Below are positions 28,494 through 41,785 of a stretch of DNA of 64,000 bases, in pieces. How positions within the stretch are numbered: the stretch's first letter is position 1; every line of letters starts with the position of its first letter. Source of the stretch: Octopus vulgaris (taxonomy: Eukaryota); the NCBI GenBank assembly GCA_951406725.2, contig OX597830.1, positions 3,410,001-3,474,000 on the forward strand, written 5' to 3'. The position numbers and the translations under genes were made by a program. Below the pieces are notes generated by a model that was not told where the DNA came from, did not search any database, and saw only the letters and a list, made by a program, of their open reading frames with translations.

Positions 28494-29752
28494 TGTGGTT
28501 TCATTATATATATTTAGAGAAACAAATAATGTTTTTACTTATCAAGTCAGAATATTGTCTTCTAAGAGACAAATAAAGGTGTTTTCTTTGATATAATAAT
28601 GTATTTGTATAACGGTAATTAGCATAATATATTCATTAACATAAATGAATACATCTATCTGTTGTTTTTTTATAGGCATAGAAATATATTTACGATACTA
28701 TCATAGTTTTTAAATATTTTTTGATGATATAACAACTTGAAACAAAAGAATATAGATTGATGTAGGCTGGAGTTAGTGTAGCATAATAGAATTTTGTCAA
28801 TAGCTTTTAAATAAATTAGCTAATAAAATCAATATAAAACAGGATGAAATGTTCATAAGTTTCATTATTACATTTCTGTTTAGTATTGATTGATGCCATT
28901 GACTAGGATGGTGCATTGGAAAATTCTTTTGTAGCCTGCAGTATTTTATTCAGGTTTTTCACATTCCGAGTTCAGATCAGATTGAAGTCAATTTCCCATT
29001 TCATCCCTGTGGGGTCTATAAAACAAAGTACCAGTTTGATACTGGAGTAAATTTCATTGACTGATTCTAGTATCTGCCAGTATTTTTCAAGCAAGAGATT
29101 AAAGCTAAGAATCTCATAGGCAGAGGGATATTCTTTAAGGGCCTATGTGTGTATTAATTCCTTAGACTACAGTATTGATATGAAGGGCAGCAACCCCAGA
29201 TACTATTGGCTTTGAGTCTTGCAGTTTCTTAGAATTTCATGTGCAGCCAAATGGTATGACTGATATAGAGGGTTGAAATATTATTTCAGCATGCTATTTT
29301 GAATTTGGTGCCACATAAAAAGCCCCTGTACACTCTGTAAAATGACTGGCATTAGGAAGGGCGTTCAGGCATAGAAAATAGTTAAAACAGACAACTGGAG
29401 CCTGGTGCAGCTCTCTGGGGCTTCCCAGCTCCTATCAAACCATCCAACCTATGTCAGCATGGAAAACAAACATTAAATGATGGTGGTGATGATGATGATG
29501 ATGTATATATGACCTGCAATATGTATTTAATATAGCCAACAGTGCACACATGCACGTACAAACACACACACACACACAAATGCATACATGTATACATATA
29601 TATGAACGAAAGTATTAATAATAAAGAAGTATCCAAAATTCTGGCTGCTTCCTTTTTTCTCGACATGACCACTTTTTACTTTGTGACTGCGTGTGCACTG
29701 TGGGTGATTTTTTTCCTCCATCTTCCCTTCTCTGGATCTTTCCTTTTCCTAT

Positions 29753-29787
29753 GTTTCTGACGAAGAGCTCCGCTCGAAACATTAAAC
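29753..29787 (+). ncRNA. Minimal type I hammerhead-like ribozyme in a Penelope-like terminal repeat fragment
   Basis: gttt CTGACGA a gagc tcc gctc GAAAC att aaac; canonical core, with stem III G lost as expected from CpG decay. Confidence 0.7.
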
Positions 29788-29893
29788 TCTCCATCTTCCT
29801 TTCCTTCCTGCGCGTCCAATAACACTATACTTGTTCCACGTCCTCGCGTTGTTGTGTTTTCTCTTTGTGTTTTCATGTTTGGATTAACTATAT

Positions 29894-29977
<84 letters not shown>

Positions 29978-30001
29978 TTTATATATATATATACATATAT
30001 T

Positions 30002-30035
<34 letters not shown>

Positions 30036-30649
30036 ACTGATGTAGGATAAAATTTTTTTCGGGAAAAAATTTTTATCAATGGCCAGCATATCAAAAAATA
30101 CCTTTAAAGGTTAAATTTATAAATAATTTAGAAAATGAGGGCAGAAGAAAAATTCTAATGCCAAATATGCCGAAAAAAAGACGGCATAAGAAGGGAAAAT
30201 TCTTATGAATTAACCCCGAAATTGGCACCAATATGGTAATAATGTATGTTTTAGAAATTTCTATCGGTTTGTATCGAGACGCATAAATTATGATGGTTAA
30301 TTGACAATTTTTGTCTTTTTTTTCGGGGTATTTGGCATTAGAATTTTTCTTCTGCCCTCATTTTGTAAATTATTTATAAATTTAACCTTTAAATGTATTT
30401 TTTGATATGCTGGCCATTGATAAAAATTTTTTCCCGAAAAAATTTTTATCCTACATCAGTTATAAATTGAAGAGTGTTCACTTCCGGATTCTCTCACTCT
30501 GTGAAAGTTTCTAGTTCGGATCACACGTGTCTTGAGATGTGACGAAGATTTTCTATTTTGAATATATTTGGGGTACTTAGGTCTGCTCAGGACTTAGTGC
30601 TTGCTTTTTCCATGGGTATGAGTAAGTATTTCACTTATATCTCACGTAT

Positions 30650-30710
30650 TTATCACTGAAGAAGGGAAAATTCTTATGAATTAACCCCGAAATTGGGACC
30701 AATACGGTAA
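30650..30710 (+). ncRNA. Type I hammerhead-like ribozyme with extended stem II
   Basis: ttatca CTGAAGA a ggg-aa-aattc-ttat-gaatt-aa-cccc GAAA ttgg-ga-ccaa TA cggtaa; the sister copy has tggtaa, completing stem I. Confidence 0.7.
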
Positions 30711-30835
30711 TAACGTATTTTTTAGAAATTTCTATCGGTTTGTTTCAAGATGCATAAATTATAATGGTTTTTGACTATTTTTGTCTTTTTTTCGGAATAT
30801 TTGGCTTTAGAATTTTTCTTCAGCCCTCATTTTGT

Positions 30836-31010
<175 letters not shown>

Positions 31011-31112
31011 GGAGTAAACACATAAATGTGAAACAAGGTGGAAAAAAGAGTACTCAAATACCAGTGGTAGAGTAATATGCTTTATTTTAAGCAGCAGAAA
31101 ATTCAACAAAAT

Positions 31113-31146
31113 CTGTTACTCTGAGTTTCTCGTTGCCGTTCATCAG
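31113..31146 (-). ncRNA. Degenerate hammerhead-like motif
   Basis: Minus strand: CTGATGA acg gcaa cga GAAAC tcaga GTA acag; 5' strand of stem I missing. Confidence 0.5.
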
Positions 31147-31281
31147 ATCAATAAATGGTGGGGTTGTGTTGACCGCACGTGGAGAAATGATAAGCAAGGA
31201 AAAATTGTAAAAATGCAGAATGCTCGATTGAAAGAAAATTTTAATGAAATGAGAAAATGAAAAAATATATAAATATATATT

Positions 31282-31323
31282 TATTCAAACCGGTTTTCGT
31301 CATAGTTTGACTTATCAAGAATA
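31282..31323 (-). ncRNA. Degenerate hammerhead-like motif
   Basis: Minus strand: tattc tTGATaA gtca aacta tgac GAAA accggt TT gaata; stems intact, two core substitutions. Confidence 0.5.
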
Positions 31324-31486
31324 GTTAGGTGAAAATGTTTTTTAAAAATGAGAAAGGAGTAAAAAAGTTGCATTGTTTTTTGCAAAAGAATAATAATAAA
31401 TATGTATAAAAATCAAAAAATAAGTACTCTGATACATTGTGAGTTCGTTGTGTATCTTGAGTTTAATGATTTTCCTTGCTTATATG

Positions 31487-31543
<57 letters not shown>

Positions 31544-31544
31544 G

Positions 31545-31576
<32 letters not shown>

Positions 31577-31821
31577 TATATACATATATATTTATATAGA
31601 AATACAATAAGAGGCTTCCAAATAGGAAACTGTTGTGCTAGAAAGAGCAGTAGAAATCTCAAAAACCACAAAAAAGGATAAATTCTCGAAAGGAATGAAA
31701 ATTAAAAACGTGAATTATGTTTATTTTGTAAATTATTGATAAATTTAACCTTTAAAGGTATTTTTTGATATGCTGGCCATTGATAAAATTTTTTTCCCGA
31801 AAAAAATTTTATCCTACATTA

Positions 31822-31867
<46 letters not shown>

Positions 31868-33457
31868 CCACATCAGTGAAACTGAGTTCTAGATGCACTG
31901 TGTCCCACCCACACTTAACAGGAAACCTTCTCAGACTCTACCACGACAAACCAAAGTACATCTCTACATCTCCTCTCTTTCTCATATTGCCACTTCATTG
32001 ATATTGCTCTTGGCCCTGTGCCACTGTATCATTGCTCTCTGCTTGCCCACAACCTATGCATTCTATCAACATTCTATTACTGCTATCTCCTAGCTCACGA
32101 CCTGGGTGTTCCACCCACAGGTAACAATAAAAATTTCTCCTCACCCTACCCCAACAAACTAATCTACATCTTTTCTCATTCTCACATTTCCTCCTTCTTT
32201 CCCTATGCCTCACTCTCACTCTCCAATCCTGTCCTCACAACCCTGTTCCCATCTTTCACTGCTATCTGGTAGCCCCCGTCCCCAACTCTATAAAAACCCA
32301 GGTCTTTCACCACTTACTCGCACTCTTTAATCACACTCACTTCACAATATCCTGCCATTTATATTACGGCATTTGAGCCTCAAGGCTATGCCCTGGCACT
32401 TGCCACCATCTATATCTCTCTCTTCCTTTACTCAACCATCCCATTTCTATTCTGATCTACGTTCCTTGTGACCATGCCTGCCATTTTGCCACCATCCCTA
32501 TCCCGCTGTCTCCCACTCTTTCTCCTTCTCTCACAGCTACCTCACGTTGGGCAACCATGTATTTTCTTTGTGGTAGCACACCTGTTTCTGTCCTCATTCC
32601 TGATCTTTCTCCCTCTGGCTGGGTAACCTTGCACTTTCTCTACAGCAAGACACCTGTCTCACTATAACCTTTTCATCATCACCTCTTCCAGTGCTTCCTC
32701 CCCTCTTAAAAGTTTTTTTTGTCTTGAGGTGCCACTTAAAAGCACCCAGTCCACACTGTAAAGCGATTGGTGTTTGGAAGGGCATCCAGCTGCAAAAATC
32801 CTGCCAAAATAGTCACAGAAGTCTGATGCAGGTTTCAGCCTGGCCAGCTCTTGTGGTACCATCCAGCCCATGCTAGCATGGAAGATGGATGTTAAACGAT
32901 GATGATGATGATAATTATTATTATTTGTGCATATATGTATATATATAAAACAGAGTTTGTGTGTGCATATGTTCCTTATGGATTCAAAAAACTGAGTTGC
33001 TGATTTTGACATAAGATTCAGTAACCTTTCACCTACCAAATAAAGTATGTTTGTTGCACAACAACTCTTTTTTACTACAAAAGTAACCTCGAAAACGAGG
33101 TTAAGTTGCACAATTTTGAGGTCTTTAGCTAAGCGAGACAAACCTGCCTGAATACTCTTTATGTTTTAGATAGAAGATAATGAGAAATCATTTAAAGTTC
33201 ATGAAATTTTACCAGGGAATGAAACGTTGAAGATATACTAGCAACTTTATTAATATTATTCAGCAAATAATCTTTTAATGTGAAGTATGTCTATGTTTTG
33301 TTTAGCCCAGAGTTGTCTCCAATGCAGAAGACCCATCGCATGCATTTTTTCTTTTCTTCCTGAAATACTGTACATCTGTGTCTTTTGATGAAAGGGTGTG
33401 TTTTAAGAGAGATTTGGCTGTCATTTGTAGTAGCCCAAGTTACCACAGAGACATCTA

Positions 33458-33511
<54 letters not shown>

Positions 33512-34206
33512 TGTGTGTGTGTGGTGTGTGTTTTCTTTGTTGTAGTGAAAAATTACTTTTTCTCAGAATATTTTACACAATACTTTTTTTTAAAGAAATC
33601 TGGACACCTTTCTTCCTGCGAACCATTCAACTTCAAATTACAAGTGTTAATTGTTGGAAACTAAGTAGACTGAGAGGTACATGTATGGTTATCGTACAGA
33701 GGGTAAGCTCAATATGAAGTTTTCAACTCATTATCTTGTGGTCAGTAATCCGTTGCCTTAAATTTGAAGCCATTAAGTCTTTAAACATTATTTTACTGGG
33801 TTTAGTCTTTCGACTGTTGCCATGATGGGGCATCACCTTCAAAAATTTAATTGATCATACTAACATCAGTACGTATTTCAACCTGACATTTATTTTATAG
33901 ATCCCTGCTTGATGAACTGCTAACTTTAAGACATAGTGGGGAACAATACTCGATTTAGCAACAAATGGAAACACATATTAGGAGCGAGGAGTGTGGTTGA
34001 GAAATTTGCTTCCCAGCCACATGGTTCCACGTTCAGTCCCTCTGCACGGTACCTAGGGCAAGTGTTTTCTACTATAGCCCTAGGCCAACCACAAACTTGT
34101 GACTGAATTTGGCAGACAGAAACTGCACCGTTGGTCATCAGAAAATGACCAAAAACATGTTTATAAAGAATACTTCTCACGTGCCGATTCTGCCCATAAG
34201 AACAGA

Positions 34207-34207
34207 A

Positions 34208-34243
<36 letters not shown>

Positions 34244-34920
34244 CATCATCATCGTTTAACATCTGCTTTCCATGCTAGCATGGGTTAGACAATTTGACTG
34301 AGGTCTGGCGAACCAGATGGCTGCACCAGGCTCCAATCTGATCTGGCAGAGTTTCTACAGCTGGATGCCCTTCCTAATGCCAACCACTCCGAGAGTGTAG
34401 TGGGTGTTTTTACATATCACCGGCACGAGGGCCAGTCAGGCGGTACTGGCAACGGCCACACTCAAATGGTGTTTTTATGTGCCACCTGCACAAGAGCCAC
34501 TCCAGCGGCACTGGCAATGACCTCGCTCGAATGTTTTTCACACGCTGCCAGCAAAAGTGCCAGTAAGGCAGCACAGGTAACGATCACGCTCGAATGGTGT
34601 CTTTAACGTGCCACCGGCACAGAAGCAAATTTGTTGCTCTGGCAATGATCACGCTTGGATGGTACCCTTAGAGCTCCACTAGCACAGTTGACAGTCATAG
34701 AATTTGATTTCGATTTCGATTTCACTTGCCTCAACAGGTCTTTTCAAGGAGAGTTTAGTGTGCAATGAAGGAAAGGTACACATAAGTGGGCTGGATACAC
34801 CCCTGGCATAGGCCACGAGGTTATGGTCTCACTTGGCTTGTTGAGTCTTCTCTAGCACAGCATATTTCCAAAGGTCCTGGTCAGTAGTCATTGCCCCAGT
34901 GAGGCCCAATGTTCGAAGTG
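34207..34920 (-). mobile_element. Family B retroposon, long copy with internal (acgtgccaccggcac...) subrepeats
   Basis: (cat)n tail plus body shared with the 41391, 42381, 47118 and 55757 copies. Confidence 0.85.
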
Positions 34921-34956
34921 GTAATAAGACCTGGGCAACACAAGGATGCATTGCTA

Positions 34957-35217
<261 letters not shown>

Positions 35218-35751
35218 TTTATAATATAATATATCCAGCAGCATGCTTATGTAACACAATATAACAGAATGTATGTATAATATATAGATTGTATATAATA
35301 CAACCAACAGTGTATTGAAAGGAACCAATACATGCGTAAAATGAGAACAACAGAATATATATAAAGGGAGCAAGAGATTATAATATCTAAGCATGTTGTG
35401 TATTAAAGTATGGTATCATTGGCCTGGAAAATTAAACTGCCTTTCAGTGGTGTGTGAAGAATTTATTACAGTGATTCAGTGCTAAAGACAGTCCGGTGCT
35501 TCTACTGATTGAATGGTGATGACTTTGCAACAATATAAAGCAAAGCAATGGCTGTTTTGGTCAAGAAATTCGTTTTGCAATCATGTGTTTACTAGTTCAA
35601 TCTCACCATGAAGCAAGTTGGACAAATGTCTTTTATAAAAGGAAAGTCTGACTAATACCCTGTGAGTGGTATTTTGTAGAAGGGAAGTGTGTGGAAGACA
35701 TTATCTATCTATCTATCTACCTATCTATCTATATTTATCTATTTATTTATC

Positions 35752-35818
<67 letters not shown>

Positions 35819-36044
35819 AGTTTGTCCATCTGTCTCTCTATCCATGGATGTATAAAATGGATGAATAATATAAAGATTTCTATACAAACAAACATGTGTG
35901 TGTGTATGTATCTATATTTGTATATGTGTGTGTGTGATGGTGATATATCTTTATCTACTAATCATGACTGCAGTCTAATAACTGAACCAAGTAAAAGTTA
36001 AAAGAAACACACACACATATATATATGTATGTATATACATATTT

Positions 36045-36077
<33 letters not shown>

Positions 36078-36198
36078 TATATATGTCCTTCTTTCTAGCT
36101 CACCTGTCTGATCATCTCTGTCTGGCCATCACCATCATTGACCCCTAGCTACTAAAGCTTTCTTTTTTTTTTCTCTCTCTGTTTATTTTCTCGTGTTC

Positions 36199-36234
36199 CT
36201 TTCTGTCGAAGAGCGTAGGCTCGAAATGTAAAAG
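36199..36234 (+). ncRNA. Minimal hammerhead-like ribozyme (A6U variant), same family as 22896
   Basis: cttt CTGTCGA a gagc gtag gctc GAAAt GTA aaag. Confidence 0.65.
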
Positions 36235-37261
36235 ACTTCCTCACCTTCCCGAGCATTAAACTAATACACCTGTTTCTTGTTTACACACCTGTCATTGCCT
36301 TTTTTTTTTTTTGTAAATTCCAACTATATATATATATATTTATGACAGGCTTCTTTCAGTTTCCATCGACCAAATCCACTCACGAGGCTTTGGTCAATCC
36401 AAGCATAGGACGCTTGTGCAAAGTTCCACACTGGAACTGAACCTGGAACCATGTGGTTGGGAAGCAAAGCACACAGAAAACAAGCTTTGCAGAGTTCCAC
36501 TGCCAAGGCATTGGTCACTCAGGGTGTTACAAGATACATATCCTGGATGCCATGCAATAGGATCAAAGCAAAAACCACAGGGTCTTGTAAAGCAGACATC
36601 TTAAACTCACAGCTGTACTTATATATGTATGCTCGTGTGTGTGTGTGTGTGTGTTTAAATCAGTCTAAAAGCTGGTCTCATCAGTGTTTGTGTCTTTTCA
36701 TATCCCATAACATAGCAGTTCAACAAACACAATCAATAAAATAAGCATCATATTGAATTATATTCTAAGAGAAAGATAGTTCATTAAACTGTTGAAGGTG
36801 CTGCCCCAGCATGGCCACAGTTGAATGATTCAAAGAAGTAAAAGAAACTCATTGTGATGTAGATATTCATTTTCATACTGTCTTTCATAAGGAGAAATTC
36901 TGTAAAGAAAATTAATCTTATATGCTAATTAAACTAATAAATTACTGAGATGTCTTTGATGTTCGAATATATATGAGAGGATAAATCTATAACTACGAGT
37001 GGTTCTGTATGTGTGCGTAGAGTAATGGAAATTAGTTAAATGTTGAATAGTCCATAAATAATTATCTTCAATCTGTACATATATGTACATATATGTACAT
37101 ATATATATACATACATACAGATATACATACAGATATACAGATATATATGCACACACACACATACATACATGCATGCATACATACATACATATATATATAT
37201 ATACATATATTTATCTATATATACACATTGGTATATTCAAATATATATAGATAGATAATAA

Positions 37262-40200
37262 TAATTGTCCCTTTTCGTCTATGTAGACGGTCAATTTAGC
37301 GTAGGGGTCCCTTAATCGAATGTATCAGGGGCTCCCCTTGTTGCAGCTTCTTTCATGCCTGATTCTTCCTTTGACTGAAGCACAGCTTCTGTCACCGCAC
37401 TTGCATACCAAGAGAGTGGCTCTCAGTGCTCGGCATTTCTGTTGTTTTCCTTTCGCCGCTGACCGTTTCTCAACTTGTTTGTTACTGTAGCTGTTCTCCA
37501 GCAAAGCAGTTCCTTCCTTCACCACAGTTCTCCATGTTGTTCTCTCCTCAGCCCTCTCTTCCCAGCTGCTGACATCCACCTCACACTTGGACAAACTAGT
37601 TTTGCAAGTGTCCTTATACCTCAGTTTTGGTCTTCCTCTTGGTCTCTTGCCCTGGGCCAGTTCTCCATAGAGCAGTTGCTTCAGGATTCGATGGTCATCT
37701 ATTCTCCTGACAGGCCCCAGTCACCTCAGTCTTCTCATACACAAGATAGCTGTCATGCTTTGAAGATTCGCCTGGGCCAGCACTTCAACATTGGTGACCT
37801 AGTCACGCCTTGTTAGGTCTAAGATCTTGTGGAATCATCTGAGATGGAAGATGCCGAGGCACCTTTCTTGTCTGCTGTACAAGGTCCATGTCTCAGAACA
37901 ATAGAGGAGTGTGCTGAGAACACATGCTTCATAAATCCTGATCTTTGTCTTGATGTCTAATCTCTTCTTCTTCCATACTCGCTTTGTCAGCCTTCCAAAA
38001 GTTGTTGCTGCCTTCCTTATCCTGACATTAATCTCATCATCAATGAAGCAATAGAGGAAATGGTAGACCCTAGATAGCAGAAGCTGTCCACTGTCATCAA
38101 GCTTGATGTAGCCTTTCACTGCGCCTTCCTGAGTGAGGATAACTGTCTTCTTTACAATGATGTCCAAACTGAAGGCCTTGCATGCTGATGACCGGTGGTC
38201 CATCATTATTTGTAGATTTAATTCACTGTGAGCAACAAGTGCTGCATAGTCGGCGTTGTTGCTCTATTGTTGCATATTGTTGCTCTATTGATCTTAGTCT
38301 TGGCCCGAAGTCTAGAAAGATCAAAGAGTGACCCATTATTTCTCCAACAAAGGCAGACATCTCCCGGCAACTCTTGAAATGCATACTGCAGCAATACAGC
38401 AAAGTAAATGCTGAAAAGGTTTGGTGCTAAGACACAACCTTGTTTTACTCTGCTGTTGATGTTGAAGCTATTTGATGATATTAAGCTGTCAAACTGAATG
38501 GTGGCCTCCATGTCATCATGGAACGAAACAATGTGCTGCTGCAGTATTGGGGGACAGCCACATTTCCCAAGCACCATGTACAGTCCTGATCTGCTGACTG
38601 TATCAAATGCCTTTGTCAGATCGACAAATGCTATATAGAGTGGGAATCACTGCTCCCTGCATTTTTCTTGTAGTTGACGAAAGAAGAAGATCACATCCAT
38701 TGTTGAGCGGTTGGATCTAAAGCCGCACTGGCTCTCTGGTAGTACTCTTTCTGCTGGCTTCTGAAGTCGTTTCAGAATGATCCTCGCAAAAGCTTTTCCA
38801 GTGATGCTCAGAAGTGAGATGCCTCTGTAGTTATTGCAATCTCCCTTGTCCCCTTTATTTTTGTAGAGTGATGATCTTGGGATCTCTCATATCTTGTGGA
38901 ATTTTTACTTCCAACGAACACATCTTTAGTAACTTGTATAAATGTGGAAGGAGGGCATCTTTGCTCTCTTTCAACACTTCAGCAGGTATAGTATCATTCC
39001 TGGGTTCTTTTCCACTTGCACATTCATCGATTGCAGTGGAGAGTTCTTCTTCTGTTGGTGGTATGTCAAGTTCTGTCATTTTGGGGAGCTGAGGACTGGC
39101 CTCATTAATCTGTCTATCAATATCTCGCTCCTTTGAGTACAATTGAATGTAATGTTCCACCCATCTTTCCATTTTTTTCTTCTTGTCCGTCAGCTGGTCA
39201 CCTGTTGCAGACTTGAGAGGTGCCACTTTACTCACTGTTGGTCCGATAGCAACTCTGATCTTCTCATACATTTTCCTGATGTTACCCATGTCACTCGCCT
39301 GTTGAATTTCTAAGCATGATTTATCCCAGGACTGGTTGGCAAATTTTCTAAGTTTCCTTTTGAAGGTTGGATTTTGCAGCACGTGCCTGTTGCTTTCTAC
39401 TTTCTGTTGGCTTTCTCTTGTACTTTATGAAGATCTTTCACTTTTTATCAAGTAATGGCATTAGTATTAATGCATTGGCTTTGATCCAGTCCTCCTTGGA
39501 ATGTCAATCCATTCCAAAGGCCTTCGATGCAGAATCATGTATTGCTGATTTCATATTGTTCCACATGTCGCCAGGGGATAAGCTATCTAGGTTTTGAAAC
39601 TGTTTTTCAAGATATTCTTGAATTTTGGTTCTCATTGCTGGATCTTGGGTGTTTTTTGTGTTGTGTTTAGGTTTCTTTGAGATTTTGGCTCTTGGTGTTT
39701 TCTTTGTGACAGTCTTTACCTTGGCTATAGCCAACAGATGATCTGTGTTACAGTCTGCACTGTGGAAGGATCCTGTTTGCTTCATAGTGTTGACATCATT
39801 CTTTCTGATGATGACAAAGTCAATCTGGTGCCAATGACCTGATCTTGGATGGCACCAAGAAACTTTATGCTGGTCTTTGCCATTGAGAAGGTGTTTGTAA
39901 TGCACAGGTTTGTTATTTGTGCAGAATTCTAAAAGCCTCTGTCCGTTTTCATAGATTTTTTCCAGTCCAAACTGTCCGAGGCAGTTGGGCCATGCTTGGT
40001 GATCAGTGCTTTCTCTTGCATTGAAAGCACCCATGAGAAAGAGTTTGTCTGTTGATCACATCCTGAAGGTCCTCTTAGAACTGATCTTTCTTCTCATTTT
40101 CTGCTGTTAGAATCCGGGCATAGGTACTAATGAGATGGGCCCTTCCAGTTTTAGTGCCCACTTCCATGATAGTGATGTACTCAGATATGCCTCGAGGAGT

Positions 40201-41117
40201 ACTGATTTTGTTCAGCAATCTGTTGTGTACTGTGAACCCCACACCATGGATTCTCCTCTCATCTTCCCCAAGGCACTTCCAGAAAAATGTGTGATTTCTT
40301 TCCCTATTGGAAACCAGAGTCAGCAAGTCTTGTCTCTTGCAGGGCAGTGATGTCTACATTTAGCCATGTGAGCTCCCTGTCAATGACTGCCGTTTTCCTG
40401 ATGTCCCCTGTTTTGTCCAGGTCGGTAATGTCCATTCTAGTTGTCATTGTTCTGACATTTCAAGTCCCCAGTTTCAATGGGGTCAATTTCAATTTTCTTC
40501 CTCTTTCGCTATGTGCTGGGCTTTATGTCTGCTTTTCGGTTTTTATCCTAGCTCCATACATCCTTAGCAGCAGACAGATCTAGTGGATCAGCACCTTACT
40601 GACAGGAGATTGCCCAGTTTAAGATGCGCAGTAGCTAATCAGTGTGATTGAATAATCACTCCCATTGTCAAAGATGACCCATGGTAACATCCCACTTCAC
40701 CAAATAAGGATGCCTGTTTACCCCATAAACTGCCACTTGCGTGTTGTTTCCTTTGCCTCTCACAGCAAGGATGAAGTGTCCTCTCCGTATGCTCTCTCGT
40801 TTTTTTTTTTGCCACGTCCTCCCAGGAATTCTAAGTCCTTGGCTAAGCTAAATGCTTTGGCTCTGAATATATGGAGAACGTGCCTTACCCAATTTGCACA
40901 GTTCCCCTCTTGACTTCACTGATTTACTCCAAAGGAGAGACAAGGTTAATACATTTTGAACCAGCAAAGTTGCAGGGGCTGCCAGAAGATAGTTTGGATC
41001 ATTCCTCTCCATTAACTGCTTTAGGGGCCCTCTCTCCGGAATTTCTGTTTGGGTTTCTGTTTGGGAAACAGCCGCAGGTTGTACCATCTACTGTCATTTT
41101 GGTAGCAGCATTAGTCT
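37262..41117 (-). mobile_element. RTE-clade LINE, near full length, inactivated
   Basis: AP endonuclease motifs (LGT*NVRT, ALQETRLADSG, GAFNAR, HPRSGHWHQIDFVI), RT motifs (FVDLTKAFD, VKQGCVLAP, YADD decayed to NADY), C-terminal CxC..CxxxxxxxxH, (TTA)n tail; many frameshifts. Confidence 0.95.
37325..40560 (-). pseudogene. Disrupted APE-RT ORF of the RTE LINE
   Basis: Collinear ORF fragments 40075-40326, 39504-40034, 38855-39382, 38218-38577, 37835-38206 and 37325-37594. Confidence 0.93.
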
Positions 41118-41250
41118 GTAACAAGGCTGGCCCCTGTTCAATTACAGGTACAATTCCTTTTTAGTTAAGGACACAACATGCACACAGGAATCAAACTCAT
41201 GACTTTATGATCATGAACTGAGTACTGTAGCCACTGAGCCATGAGCCACC
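41118..41250 (-). mobile_element. Family D tRNA SINE 5' part abutting the LINE 5' end
   Basis: catggctcagtggctacag...catgatcataaagtcatgagttt...tgtgtcctt...gggccagccttgttaca matches the 50904 copy. Confidence 0.75.
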
Positions 41251-41390
41251 ACCTCTGTGTGTGTGTATGTGTGTGGGTGGGTGTGAATGTGTATATGTGT
41301 GTGTGTGTGTCTGTATGTATTTATATATATATATATATAATATGTGTATGAATAAATATATATATATATATATATATATAAAGCGATATA

Positions 41391-41753
41391 CTGTGCTTGA
41401 GAAGACCCATCAAGCCAAGTTAAATCATAGTCGTGGCTGATGCTGGAGTCACGTAACTGGTCCCTCTGCCCCATGGAAGCAATGACCAAGACCTTTGGCA
41501 ATATATCATGCTTGAAAAGAAGACCCATCAAGCCATGCAAAATCACATTTATGGCAGATACCAGTGTCACATAAATGGCACCCATGCTGGTGGCACATAA
41601 AAGCACCCATTACACTCTTGAAGTGGTTGGCATTAGGAAGGGCATCCAGCTGTAGAAACACTGCTAAATGAGACTGAAGTCTGGTGCAGCCTTCCACCTT
41701 GCCAGCCCTGGTCAATCTGTCCACCTCATACCAGCATGGACAATAGATGCTAA

Positions 41754-41784
<31 letters not shown>
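41391..41784 (+). mobile_element. Family B retroposon
   Basis: ggcattaggaagggcatccagctgtagaaac followed by (gat)n tail. Confidence 0.85.

Positions 41785-41785
<1 letters not shown>

Noticed and set aside
30033-30463. Simple MITE with 150-bp TIRs
   Set aside because: The interior and right arm recur as a direct repeat with a hammerhead, which fits Penelope-like architecture better.
37475-41164. Plus-strand ORFs over the LINE
   Set aside because: Antisense shadows of the RTE element.
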